The notes beneath the pieces are model-generated. The model was not told where the DNA came from and searched no databases. It saw only the letters and a program-made list of their open reading frames with translations. From Mobula hypostoma (lineage: Eukaryota), in NCBI RefSeq assembly GCF_963921235.1, contig NW_026948140.1:434001-498000 (forward strand): a DNA stretch of 64,000 nucleotides, in the 5' to 3' direction. Shown piece after piece: positions 11,443-23,532 of this stretch (position 1 is its first letter; each line of letters opens with the position of its first letter). Position numbers and translations under genes: made by a program.

Positions 11443-12854
11443 GTAACACACATCAAAGTTGCTGGTGAACGCAGCAGGCCAGGCAGCATCTCTAGGAAGA
11501 GGTACAGTCGACGTTTCAGTCCAAGACCCTTCGTCAGGACTAACTGAAGGAAGAGGTAGTAAGAGATTTGAGAGGGGGAGGGGGAGATCCAAAATGATAG
11601 GAGAAGACAGGAGGGGGAGCCAAGAGCTGAATAGGTGATTGGCAAAGGGGATACGAGAGGATCATGGGACAGGATATCCGGGAAGAAAGACAAGGGGGTG
11701 GGGGGAACCCAAAGGATGGGCAAGGGGTATAGTCAGAGGGACAGAGGGAGAAAAAGGAGAGTGAGAGAAAGAATGTGTGTATAAAAATAAATAACAGATG
11801 GGGTACGAGGGGGAGGTGGGGCATTAGCGGAAGTTAGAGAAGTCGATGTTCATGCCATCAGGTTGGAGGGTACCCAGACGGAATATAAGATGTTATTCCT
11901 CCAACCTGAGTGTGGCTTCATCTTTACAGTAGAGGAGGCTGTGGATAGACATGTCAGAATGGGAATGGGATGTGGAATTAAAGTGTGTGGCCACTGGGAG
12001 ATCCTGCTTTCTTTGGCGGACAGAGCATAGGTGTTCAGCAAAGCGGTCTCCCAGTCTGCGTCGGGTCTCGCCAATATATAGAAGGCCACATCGGAAGCAC
12101 CGGACGCAGTATATCACCCCAGCCGACTCACAGGTGAAGTGTCGCCTCACCTGGAAGGACTGTTTGGGGCCCTGAATGGTGGTAAGGGAGGAAGTGTAAG
12201 GGCATGTGTAGCACTTGTTCCACTTACAAGGATAAGTGCCAGGAGGGAGATCAGTGGGGAGGGATGGGGGGGGACGAATGGACAAGGGAGTCACGTAGGG
12301 AGCGATCCCTGCGGAAAGCAGAGGGGGGGGAGGGAAAGATGTGCTTAGTGGTGGGATCCCGTTGGAGGTGGCAGAAGTTACGGAGAATAATATGTGTGAC
12401 CCGGAGGCTGGTGGGGTGGTAGGTGAGGACCGGGGAACCCTATTCCTAGTGGGGTGGCAGGAGGATGGAGTGAGAGCAGATGTACGTGAAATGGGGGAGA
12501 TGCATTTGAGAGCAGAGTTGATAGTGGAGGAAGGGAAGCCCCTTTCTTTAAAAAAGGAGGACATCTCCCTCGTCCTAGAATGAAAAGCCTCATCCTGAGA
12601 GCAGATGCGGCGGAGACAGAGGAATTGCGAGAAGGGGATGGCGTTTTTGCAAGAGACAGGGTGAGAAGAGGAATAGTCCAGATAGCTGTGAGAGTCAGTA
12701 GGCTTATAGTAGACATCAGTGGATAAGCTGTCTCCAGAGACAGAGACAGAAAGATCTAGAAAGGGGAGGGAGGTGTCGGAAATGGACCAGGTAAACTTGA
12801 GGGCAGGGTGAAAGTTGGAGGCAAAGTTAATAAAGTCAACGAGCTCAGCTCACC
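11443..12854 (-). mobile_element. 5'-truncated Penelope-like retroelement (RT thumb, GIY-YIG endonuclease, pLTR)
   Basis: ORF 11893..12564 has CNKCYTC-like linker, VIYC...LLYIGETRRRLGDRFAEH and VATHFN; upstream DVYYKPTDSH...HP. 12-bp TSD CTATAATTCCCT at 11431-11442 and 12855-12866. Confidence 0.93.
11505..11542 (-). ncRNA. Minimal type I hammerhead ribozyme motif in the Penelope pLTR
   Basis: Minus strand: tagtc CTGACGA agggtcttggact GAAA cg TC gactg; stem I tagtc/gactg. Confidence 0.7.
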
Positions 12855-14008
12855 CTATAATTCCCTATTTTTTCTCTGCCTCCTTTCTTGAAAAGTGGGA
12901 CAACATTAGCCACCCTCCAATCCACAGGAATTGATCCTGAATCTATAGGACATTGGAAAATGATTACCAATGCATCCACTATTTCTAAACCCACCTCCTT
13001 AAGTACCCTGGGATGCAGACCATCAGGTCCCGGGGACTTAACAGCCTTCAGACCCAACAGACTATCCAACACCATTTCCTGCCTAATATAAATTTCCTTC
13101 AGTTCATCCATTACCCTAGGTACTTTGGCCACTATTATATCTGGGAGATTGCTTGTGTCTTCCCTAGTGAAGACAGATCCAAAGTACCTGTTCAACTCAT
13201 CTGCCACTTCCTTGTTCCCCATAATAAATTCACCCTTTTCTGTCTTCAAGGGCCCAATTTTGGTCTTAACTATTTTTTTCCTTTTCACATACCTAAAGAA
13301 GCTTTTAGTATCGTCCTTTATATTCTTGGCTAGTTTACCTTCGTACCTCATTTTTTCTCCGCGTATTACCTTTTTAGTTATGTTCTGTTGCTCTTTAAAA
13401 GTTTCCCAATCCTCCGGCTTCCCACTCGTCTTTGCTATGTTATACTTCTTCTCTTTTATTTTTATACTGTCCATTACTTCCCTTGTCAGTCACGGCCTCC
13501 CCTTACTCTCCTTAGGATCTTTCTTCCTCCTTGGAATGAACTGATCCTGCACTTTCTGCATTGTTCCCAGAAATACCTGCCATTGTTGTTCCACTGTCAT
13601 CCCTGCTAGGGTATTGTTCCATTTGAACTTTGGCCAGCTCCTCCCTCATAGCTCAATAGTTCCCTTTGATCAACTGTAATACTGACACTTCCGATTTTCC
13701 CTTCTCCCTATCTATTTGCAGATTAAAACTTATCATATTATGGTCACTACCTATTAATGGTTTCTATGAGGTTCCCCCTCATTCATCTAAACTCCAAGGA
13801 ATACAGTCCAAGAGCGGACAAACGTTCCTCATATGTTAACCCTCTCAATCCTGGAATCATTCCAGTGAATCTCCTCTGTACCCTCTCCAACGTCAGCACA
13901 TCCTTTCTTAAATAAGGAGACCAAAACTGCCCACAGTACTCCAAGTGAGGTCTCACCAGCGCCTTATAGAGCCTCAACATCACATCCCTGCTCCTATACT
14001 CTATTCCT

Positions 14009-14703
14009 AGTCATAGTCATACTTTATTAATCCCGGGGGAAATTGGTTTTCGTCACGGTTGCTCCATAAATAATAAATAGTAATAGAACCATAAATAGTT
14101 AAATAGTAATATGTAAATTATGTCAGTAAATTATGAAATAAGTCCAGGCTCAGGGTGTCTGACCCTCCAAGGGAGGAGTTGTAAAGTTTGATGGCCACAG
14201 GCAGGAATGACTTCCTATGATGCTCTGTGCTGCATCTCAGTGGAATGAGTCTCTGGCTGAATGTACTCTTGTGCCCACCCAGTACAATATGTAGTGGATG
14301 GGAGACATTGACCAAGATGGCATGCAACTTGGACAGCATCCTCTTTTCAGGCACCACCGTGAGAGAGTCCAGTTCCATCCTCACAACATCACTGGCCTTA
14401 CGAATAAGCTTGTTGATTCTGTTGGTGTCTGCTACCCTCAGCCTGCTGCCCCAGCACACAACAGCAAACATGATAGCACTGGCCACCACAGACTCGTAGA
14501 ACATCCTCAGCATCATCCGGCAGATTTTAAAGGACTTCAGTCTCCTCAGAAAATAGAGATGGCTCTGACCCTTCTTGTAGACAGCCTCAGTGTTCTTTGA
14601 CCAGTCCAGTTTATTGTCAATTCGTATCCCCAGATATTTTTAACACTGACCCCTTGGATGGAAACAGGGGTCACCGGTACCTTAGCTCTCCTCAGGTCTA
14701 CCA
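14009..14703 (-). mobile_element. Rex1/Babar-type LINE 3' fragment ((GACTAT)n tail)
   Basis: ORF 14118..14516 (FYESVVASAIMFAVVCWG...SFLPVAIKLYN) and upstream VVDLRR; TSD CTATTCCT at 14001-14008 and 14704-14711. Confidence 0.85.
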
Positions 14704-15561
14704 CTATTCCTCTAGAAATGAATGCCAAAATTGCATTCGCCTTCTTCACCACCAACTCAATCTGGAGGTTAACCTTAAGAGTATCCTGTACGAGGGCTCC
14801 CAAGTCCCGTTGCATCTCAGAACTTTGAATTCTTTCCCCATTTAAATAATAATCTGCCCGTTTATTTCTTTTGCCAAAGTGCATAACCATACACTTTCCA
14901 ACATTGTATTTCATTTGCCACTTCTTTGCCCATTCTTCCAATCTATCCAAGTCTCTCTGCAAACTCTGTTTCCTCAGCACTATTGGCCCCTCCACCTGTC
15001 TTTGTATCATCAGCAAACTTAGCCACAAAGCCATCTATTCCATAATCCAAATCATCGACGTACAACGTAAAAAGAAGCGGCCCCAACACAGACCGCTGTG
15101 GAACATCACTGGTAGCAGGCAGCCAACCAGAATAGGATCCCTTTCTTCCCACTCTCTGTTTCCTGCCAATCAGCCAATGCCCTATCCACGTATGTAACTT
15201 TCCCATAATTCCATGGGCTCTTATCTTGTTAAGCAGCCTCATGCGTGGCACCTTGTTAAAGGCCTTCTGAAAATTCAGATATACAACATCCACTACATCT
15301 CCCTTGTCTAGCCTACTTGTAATTTCCTCAAAAAATTGTAATAGGTTTGGCAGGCAGGATTTTCCTTTAAGGAAACCATTATGAGTTCTGCCTGTCTTGT
15401 CATATGCCTCCAGGTACTCTGTAACCTCATCCTTGACAATCGACTCCAACAACTTCCCAACCACCGATGTCAAGTTAACAGGTCTATAATTTCCTTTTTG
15501 CTTCCTTGCCCCCTTCTTAAATAGCGGAGTGACATTTGCAATCTTCCAGTGGTCCAGAACT

Positions 15562-15988
15562 GGAGGACTTCATTCGTAAGGCCAGTGATGTTGTGGGAAT
15601 AGAACTGGACTCTCTGACGGGGGTGTCTGAAAAGAGGATGCTGTCCAAGTTGCATGCCATCCTGGACAATGTCTCCCATCCAGTACATAATGTACTGGTT
15701 GGGCACAGGATTACATTCAGCCAGAGACTCATTCCACCGAGATGCAACACAGAGCAAAATAGGAAGTCATTCCTGCCTGTGGCCATCAAACTTTACAACT
15801 CCTCCCTTGGAGGGTCAGACACCTTGAGCCAATAGGCTGGTCCTGGACTTATTTCCTGGCATAATTTACATATTATTATTTAACTATTTATGGTTTTATT
15901 ACTATTTAATTATTTATGGTGCAACTGTAACGAAAACCAATTTCCCACGGGATTAATAAAGTATGACAATGACTATGAATATGACTAT
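15562..15988 (+). mobile_element. Second copy of the same Rex1/Babar-type 3' end, opposite orientation
   Basis: ORF 15536..15835 is nearly identical to 14118..14516; aataaagtatgac(t/a)at tail; TSD GAACT. Confidence 0.85.
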
Positions 15989-18842
15989 GAACTATGCCAG
16001 AATCTATCGACTTTTGAAAGATCATCGCTAATGACTCCACAATCTCCACAGCTACTTCCTTCAGAACACGAGGGTGCATTCCATCTGGTCCAGGAGATTT
16101 ATCTACCTTTAGGCTATTCAGCTTCCTGAGTACTTTCTCTGTCATAATTGTGACTGCACACCCTTCTCTTCCCTGCCACCCTTGAGTGTCCAGTATACTG
16201 CTGATGTCTTCCTCATTGAAGACTGATGCAAAATACTCGTTCAGTTCCTCTGCCACCTCCTTATCTCCCATTACAATTTCTCTAGCATCATTTTCTATCG
16301 GTCCTATATCTACTCTCACCTGCCTTTTACTCTTTATATAGTTGAAAAAGCTTTTAGTATCCTCTTTGATATTATTAGCTAGCTTTCTTTCATAGTTAAT
16401 CTTTTCCCTCTTAATGACCTTCTTAGTTTTGTTTTGTAAGCTTTTAAAAACTTCCCAATCCTCTGTCTTCCCACTAATTTTTGCTTCCTTGTATGCCCTC
16501 TCCTTTGCTTTAACTTTGGCTTTGACTTCTCTTGTCAGCCACGGTTGCATCCTTTTTCCATTCGAAAATTTCTTCCTTTTTGGAATAGACTTGTCTTGCA
16601 CCTTCCTCACTTCCCGCATAAACTCCAGCCACTGCTGCTCTGCCGTCTTTCCCGCCAGTGTCCCTTTGCAGTCAACTTTGGCCAGTTCCTCTCTCATACC
16701 ACTATAATTTCTTTTACTCCACTGAAATACCGACACATCGGATTTCGGCTTCTCTTTTTCAAATTTCACAGTGAACTCAATTATGTTATGATCACTGCCT
16801 CCTGAGGGTTCCTTCACCTCCTTGTTCTTCTTTGTGGAAAACTCTAGCACTTCTTCAGAGGTTTGCAGGATGGTGGCTTTTAGGTGTTCCCAAAGCATTT
16901 CTGGAGAGGAGTCTGTAGGGAAACTGGGATCCTGAAGCCTCGACTGAAGATTCCTCTGAAAGTCAGCTTTCACTTCAGCTGACTGGAGGATGCCAACCTG
17001 AAACTTCTTCCCTGGAGCGTCTCCTCTTTTTGGCTTGGGTTTGAAATGGAGACAGGTTTGCAGCGGACAAGACGATGGTCCATATGACACTCTGCGCTGG
17101 ACATCGCTGGGGTGAATAAGATGTCCCTAAGGTCTCTCTGGCGCACCAAGATGTAGTCTATGAGGTGTCAATGCTTGGACCAAGGATGCACCCAGGTTGT
17201 CTTCAGACTGTCTTTCTTCTGGAAAATGGAGTTAGTGATGGTGAGTTGCTGCTCAGCACAATACTCTAACAGAAGGCGCCCGTTGTCGTTGCAGTTTCCA
17301 ACACCATGTTTGCCAAGTACTCCTTTCCAGGCTTCTGAATCTTGGCCTACTCTGGCATTGAAGTCGCCAAGGATGAAGACCTTGTCATCTGCAGGGGCGT
17401 TCCATATGACGTTGCGCAGATCAGCATAAAACTTGTCCTTTTCTGCAGGATCCACTTGAAGAGTAGGGACGTACACACTGAAGAGTGTGGCATGCTGCTT
17501 GGTTCGAAGTGGGAGGCGCATGGAGATGAAGCAGTCAGAGTGACCTGTTGGCAATTTTTCAAGTTTGGAGGCAATGGAGTTCCTGACCATAAAGCCAATG
17601 CCAGAAAGGCCTCTCTCAGTCTCTGGCTTGCCTGACCAGTAGAGGGTGTAGCCAGTGCCATGTTCTTGAAGGTTGCCTTCCTCTGGGAAGCGGACTTCAC
17701 TGACAGCAGCAATGTCAACATTCAGTCTTGAAAGTTCATGCACAACTAGAGCAGATCATCATTCTGGGCGACTACTGTCTGCTGTATCGAGCATGGTTCT
17801 GATGTTCCAACATGCAAGCTTTACTCCTTGCACTCTTTGTGAGGCAGGTGTGTACCTTTTCTTTTCTGTTGTTGTTCAACCGCATTTGAGGATGCCCGTT
17901 GACCAACTGGGGGAAATGAAAACGAGCTTTGGTTAGGCCGCCTTTTCTAGGCCCCTCTCCATGTGGAGCAAGCAGTGCTGTCCCTAGAGAAAGCTGCTTG
18001 TTTCGTTCAGGGTGCTGCTGAATGATATCGCCGTCTCCGGGGTCAACATCAGACCCATACACCTGAACCGCCTGCGTGCAGGATCAGAACTGCGGCTTCC
18101 AGCGTCATTTTCCACCTGCCGTGTTTGGATTCAGAGTTGTTCTTCTCTTAGGCTGGCTGCCAACCAAGGCTAACAAGCCCAGCCTACCCATCCAGTTATA
18201 TCACTGGACACTTTGTTGAGCCATGACATAGCAAGCTTGGTGGAAACGGGGGGTACCAACAAGAAGGTGTTGCTACGGATACAGTAATGTAGGAGAGACC
18301 ATTTGCAGTGGTCTCCTGCCTAGCAGGCCAGGCAGTGACCATGCGGCGATCACCACACCAGGAAAGGAGAGGTGATGTATTGCGTGTACACTTTCCCTGG
18401 GTGAGCGGGATGTCAGGCCCAGACCTCACCTGCCCCCAGACAACAATAATTACAACATCTTAAAACACTTTTGGACATTTATGTGGTCAGGAGATTTATT
18501 GAGGGAGAAAACTCTGGAAATTGGGACTAAATCTGTAAATCAATCTGTTCAGCCCGAACAAGTTGGGTTTGAGGATCTGTTTAGCTGCTGTACAGTTTTA
18601 TGATTCTATGACTCAAGTTCCTTCCTCCCTCATTTATACTCCTCAAGGTCCTTGTCTGATTTCAATATCTAACATCTTACATATGCTTCCTTTTTCTTTT
18701 TGAATAGGCTTGCAATATCTTCTATCAAGGATCCTGAACTTATCTATCCTTCCCAACTTAACCTTCCCCATGATTGTAACGGAATTTGTTAAAACAACCT
18801 AGATAAGTATGCCCCCACTAAACCATTCAGAGTCTTCCCCAA

Positions 18843-21435
18843 TCAGAAGCCCCGAGTGAACCATGAGATCTAAAATTTACTGAAGGCCAGATCAAGGCAT
18901 TCAAGCCTGGTGACCAAGAATGCTGCAAGAGGTGCAGGTATGATCTCCAGAAGCCATCTTTAGATTAGATTATGAGGACACTCGGTCCTCGTTTATTGTC
19001 ATTTAGAAATACATGCATTAAAAAATGATACAATGTTCCTCCAGAATGATATCACAAGAAACACAGGACAAACCAAGACTAAGACTGACAAAACCACATA
19101 ATTATAACATATAGTTACAACAGTGCAAAGCAATACCGTAATTTGATAAAGAGCAGTCCATGGGCACGATAAAAAAAAGTGTCAAATTCCCGGTAGCTCA
19201 TCATCTCATGCAGACGGTAGAAGGGAGAAACTCTCCCTGCCATGAACCTCCAAGCACTGCAAATTTGCCAGTGCAGCACCATTGGAAGCACCTGACCGCA
19301 GCGGACTCTGAGTCCGTCCGAAAACTTCCAGCCTCTGACCAGCCCTTCGACATCCAGCACCAAGCACCATCTCTGCCGAGTGCTTCGACCCCGCCCTGGC
19401 TGCCGAGCAACAAGCAAAGCCGAGGACTCAGGGCCTTCCCCTCTGGAGATTTCGGACCACACAGTAGCAGCAGCAGTGAAGTAGGCAGTTCAGAAGTTTC
19501 ACCAGATGTTCCTCCACGCTCTCACATACATCTCCATCAAATCAGGATTGTGCACAGCACACTACTTGACAAATAACAGACTTCACCACCGGAGTGGCTG
19601 CTGCCAGCTGTGTTGTGTCGCCATCTTCTCCACTCCTCATGGGCGAAGTGGAGATTCCAGACCAAATGAGGAATGCTTGATAGCTGTGGTAGGGCATGAA
19701 TGCTATCACCTCTTACAAAGTTAAATCAGCTGACTTGGGGAATGGCAGGACTTTGCTTCCAGATGAGCTCAATGCTTTTTATGCTCACTTTTACTGTGAG
19801 AACATGGAGAAACCATCATGAACCCCCACATCTTCTGATTACCCTTTGATCTCGATATCTAAAGATGACATTTAGGTTGCCTCCAGGAGGTTGAATCAAA
19901 GGAAAGCAGACTGACTGGATGGAGTAGCTGGCTGTACTAAAGATCTGTGCTGATCAACCAACTGGTGTGTTCACTTGTGTCTTTAGCCTCTCGCTTCGGC
20001 AGTGTGTGGACCCCACCTGCTTCAAGTGGGCTTCAATTATACTGGAGTGGTGACCTGCCTCAATGATTATAGCCCAATTCTCTCACATCCACAATGATGA
20101 AGTGTTTTGAGAGGCTGGTGATGAAACACATCAATTCCTGCCTGAGAGGCGACTTGGAACTATTCCAATTTGCTTTCCAGAGCAGATGCCATCTCATTGT
20201 CTCTTCACTCACCTCTGGATCATCTGGACAGGAAGCTGCATACATCGGGATATTCTTTATTGATTGAAGCCCAGCGTTTAATACCATCATCCCCTCAAAG
20301 CTAATCAATAAGCTTCAAGACCTGGGCCTCAATACCCCTTGTGCAATTAGATCCTAGCTGTCCTTACTTGCAGAACCTAGTCAGTCCAGATTGACTAAAA
20401 GAATCTCCATCAGTAGAGAGGCACCACAGGGCTGTGTCCTTATCCCCTGCTCCACTCGCTTTACACCTATGACAGTGTGGCTAAGTACAGCCCCAAGACC
20501 ATATTCATTTGCTGATGACACCTTGTTGTGGGCTGTATCAATGATGGTGATGAATCAGTATACAGGAGGGAGACTGAAAATTTAGCTGAGTGGGGTCATA
20601 ATAATAACCTCGTAATCAATGTCAGCAAGGCCAAGGAACTGATTGTAGACTTCAGGAGGAGGAAATCAGAGGTCCATGAGCCACTCCTCTTTGGAGCTTC
20701 AGAGGCAGAGAGGGTTAGCAACTTTACATTCCTGGCTGTTAATATTTCAGAGGACCTTTCCTGGACCCAGCATGTATAACACCTCGACTTGCTCAGGAGT
20801 CTGCGGAGATTCGGCATGACATCTAAAACATTACAGATGTGTGGTGGAGGGTGTATTGACTGTCTGTATCACGGTCTGGTATGGAAACACTAATGTCTTT
20901 GAATGGAAAATCCTACAAAAGGTAGTGGATTTGGTCCTATACATCACAGGTAAAGGTCTCCCAACCGCTGAGCACATCTACACGAAACGCAGTTATAGGA
21001 AAGCAGCATCCATCATCAGAGATCCTCACCACCCAGGCCATGCTCTTTTCTCACTGCTGCCATCAGGTAGAAGGTACAAGAGCCTCAGGACTCACACCAC
21101 CAGGTTCAAGACCAGTTACTCCCCACAACCATCAGGTTCCTAAACAGAAGGGGATAACTACACTCACTTGCCCATGCATTGAAGTGTTCCTACAAACAAC
21201 TATCTCACTTTAAGGCCTCTTTAATCATCTCAAGTTCTCGTTGTTTATTGCTATTTCTTTATATCTGTATTTGAATAGTTGTTGCCTTCGGTACTCGAGT
21301 TGACCTTTCATTGATCCTGTTAAAATTACTACTCTGTTGATTTGCTGAGTATGCCCACAGGAAATGAATCTCATGGTTGTACGTACTGACATATATGTAC
21401 TTTTATAATAAAATTTATTTGAACCTTGAACTTTA
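18843..21435 (+). mobile_element. Old Rex1/Babar-clade LINE, degenerate, interrupted at 18960-19637
   Basis: NQKP, LPDELNAFY, MKCFERLV, APQGCVL, FADDT, KELIVDFRR, HPGHALFSLLPSGRRY; aataaa...ttgaacttga tail. Confidence 0.82.
18960..19637 (-). mobile_element. Non-coding SINE-like or bipartite non-autonomous retroelement, about 680 bp
   Basis: Interrupts collinear Rex1 sequence (compare 50470-50520). The minus strand starts near AAGATGGCG (19619-19627) and ends GACAATAAA...(AATCT)n. Confidence 0.6.
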
Positions 21436-21639
21436 AATTTATCTTTCAAGCTTGCAGGTCCTGAACTCTAATCAATAGATCTTTAAAAGACTCTTATATG
21501 TCAGGTGTGGATTTATCTTAAGTCCTCTCTATATCTGCTTGTGGAGACATGCAAGGATCTTTTATCTTGCAATCAAGTAATTTCTTATTCTTCAAGACTA
21601 CAGCAGATACAAAGCTTACCTTCCCTCAGAAGATGCTGT

Positions 21640-21835
21640 GCCTATTCAAGGCATCATTTCTTCCCCTCCACCCACATTTTTATTCTGGTATCTTTCCCCT
21701 TCCTTTCCAGTCCTGAAGAAGGGTCTCACTTCGAAACGTTGACTGTTTATTCATTTCCATGGATGCTACCTAATCTGCTGAGTTCCTCCAGCATTTTGGG
21801 GGTGTTGCTCTGGATTTCTAGCATCTGCAGAAATT
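21640..21835 (+). mobile_element. Older Penelope pLTR/3' end remnant
   Basis: Pyrimidine tract, hammerhead motif, then ggatgctacc...ctgctgagttcctccagca...agcatctgcaga tail, as in the other PLE ends. Confidence 0.75.
21708..21745 (+). ncRNA. Minimal hammerhead ribozyme motif
   Basis: cagtc CTGAAGA agggtctcacttc GAAA cg TT gactg; perfect 5-bp stem I, weak stem II. Confidence 0.6.
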
Positions 21836-22068
21836 TACAATTAAATATCCTCTGGATACCTAAGTCTCTTACTTGTGTCGATACCCCTCTGCTAATACCC
21901 CACCTTCTCTCCACCACATATTCATTATCCAAGAAAAAATAAATTGTTGCAATTTGATTTTGCTTTTGGAAAAATATGTTTATATTGCTTGATTACCTTG
22001 AATTTTTCAAGTCTTCAGGAAATAACATCAGTAATAATAGCTTCTAGCATCAAACTTAGAACATAAAT

Positions 22069-23532
22069 GGGGTGGCTAATGTAACCCCACTTTTTAAAAA
22101 AGGAGGGAGAGAGAAACCGGGGAATTATAGACCGGTTAGCCTAACGTCGGTGGTGGGGAAACTGCTGGAGTCAGTTATCAAGGATGTGATAACAGCACAT
22201 TTGGAAAGCGGTGAAATGATCGGACAAAGTCAGCATGGATTTGTGAAAGGAAAATCATGTCTGACGAATCTCATAGAATTTTTTGAGGATGTAACTAGTA
22301 GAGTGGATAGGGGAGAACCAGTGGATGTGGTATATTTGGATTTTCAAAAGGCTTTTGACAAGGTCCCACACAGGAGATTAGTGTGCAAACTTAAAGCACA
22401 CGGTATTGGGGGTAAGGTATTGGTGTGGGTGGAGAATTGGTTAGCAGACAGGAAGCAAAGAGTGGGAATAAACGGGACCTTTTCAGAATGGCAGGCGGTG
22501 ACTAGTGGGGTACCGCAAGGCTCAGTGCTGGGACCCCAGTTGTTTACAATATATATTAATGACTTGGATGAGGGAATTAAATGCAGCATCTCCAAGTTTG
22601 CGGATGACACGAAGCTGGGTGGCAGTGTTAGGTGTGAGGAGGATGCTAAGAGGATGCAGGGTGACTTGGATAGGTTGGGTGAGTGGGCAAACTCATGGCA
22701 GATGCAATTTAATGTGGATAAATGTGAAGTTATCCACTTTGGTGGCAAAAATAGGAAAACAGATTATTATCTGAATGGTGGCCGATTAGGAAAAGGGGAG
22801 GTGCAACGAGACCTGGGTGTCATTATACACCAGTCATTGAAAGTGGGCATGCAGGTACAGCAGGCGGTGAAAAAGGCGAATGGTATGCTGGCATTTATAG
22901 CGAGAGGATTCGAGTACAGGAGCAGGGAGGTACTACTGCAGTTGTACAAGGCCTTGGTGAGACCACACCTGGAGTATTGTGTGCAGTTTTGGTCCCCTAA
23001 TCTGAGGAAAGACATCTTTGCCATAGAGGGAGTACAAAGAAGGTTCACCAGATTGATTCCTGGGATGGCAGGACTTTCATATGAAGAAAGACTGGATGAA
23101 CTGGGCTTGTACTCGTTGGAATTTAGAAGATTGAGGGGGGATCTGATTGAAATGTATAAGATCCTAAAGGGATTGGACAGGCTAGATGCAGGAAGATTGT
23201 TCCCGATGTTGGGGAAGTCCAGAACGAGGGGTCGCAGTTTGAGGATAGAGGGGAAGCCTTTTAGGACCGAGATTAGGAAAAACTTCTTCACACAGAGAGT
23301 GGTGAATCTGTGGAATTCTCTGCCACAGCAAACTGTTGAGGCCAGTTCATTGGCTATGTTTAAGAGGGAGTTAGATATGGCCCTTGTGGCTACGGGGGTC
23401 AGGGGGTATGGAGGGAAGGCTGGGGCGGGGTTCTGAGTTGGATGATCAGCCATGATCATAATAAATGGCGGTGCAGGCTCGAAGGGCCGAATGGCCTACT
23501 CCTGCACCTATTTTCTATGTTTCTATGTTTCT
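22069..23532 (+). mobile_element. Young 5'-truncated CR1 LINE with an uninterrupted 454-codon RT frame (22072..23436)
   Basis: All RT motifs intact with no stops; (TTTCTATG)n tail; TSD ATAAAT at 22063-22068 and 23533-23538. Confidence 0.95.

Larger units (their letters stand above)
10098..13760 (-). mobile_element. 5'-truncated CR1 LINE ((CTATTGT)n tail) nested in the previous CR1, itself split by a Penelope
   Basis: ORFs 12845..13474, 10896..11723 (C-terminal part) and 10382..10759. The 3' UTR closely matches 3021-3300. Confidence 0.9.
9721..16820 (-). mobile_element. 5'-truncated CR1 LINE ((TCTTATGG)n tail) nested in the RTE; own segments 9721-10097, 13761-14008, 14704-15561, 15989-16820
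   Basis: ORFs 15906..17090 (part), 14943..15473, 14546..15034, 13783..13983 and 9811..10086 are collinear CR1 ORF2. It interrupts RTE KKNK|DWFDEN. Confidence 0.88.
1695..18437 (-). mobile_element. Apparently full-length RTE-clade LINE (about 3.85 kb of own sequence) in four pieces: 16821-18437, 9525-9720, 4331-5048, 1695-3020
   Basis: APE domain (17168..17743: HELSRLNVDIAAVSEVRF, LGDFNARVG); linker DWFDENNQEI at 9525-9720; RT motifs (LPESQCGFR, VKQGCILA, LFANDAAL, YLGCTIS); C-terminal CxxC...H...C finger; (GAT)n 3' tail; 11-bp TSD. Contains frameshifts and stops. Confidence 0.92.

Noticed and set aside
10896..11723. 275-aa ORF with a hydrophobic N-terminus fused to RT
   Set aside because: The N-terminus is Penelope pLTR read into the host CR1 across the TSD.
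15906..17090. 394-aa ORF that looks like a novel RTE-CR1 fusion protein
   Set aside because: Chance in-frame read-through across the insertion junction at 16820/16821, ending in a Rex1 tail.
22767..23459. 230-aa minus-strand ORF and similar ORFs (888..1325, 3436..3693, 10428..10778, 47341..47622)
   Set aside because: They are antisense shadows of CR1 ORF2; their recurrence just reflects repeat copies.
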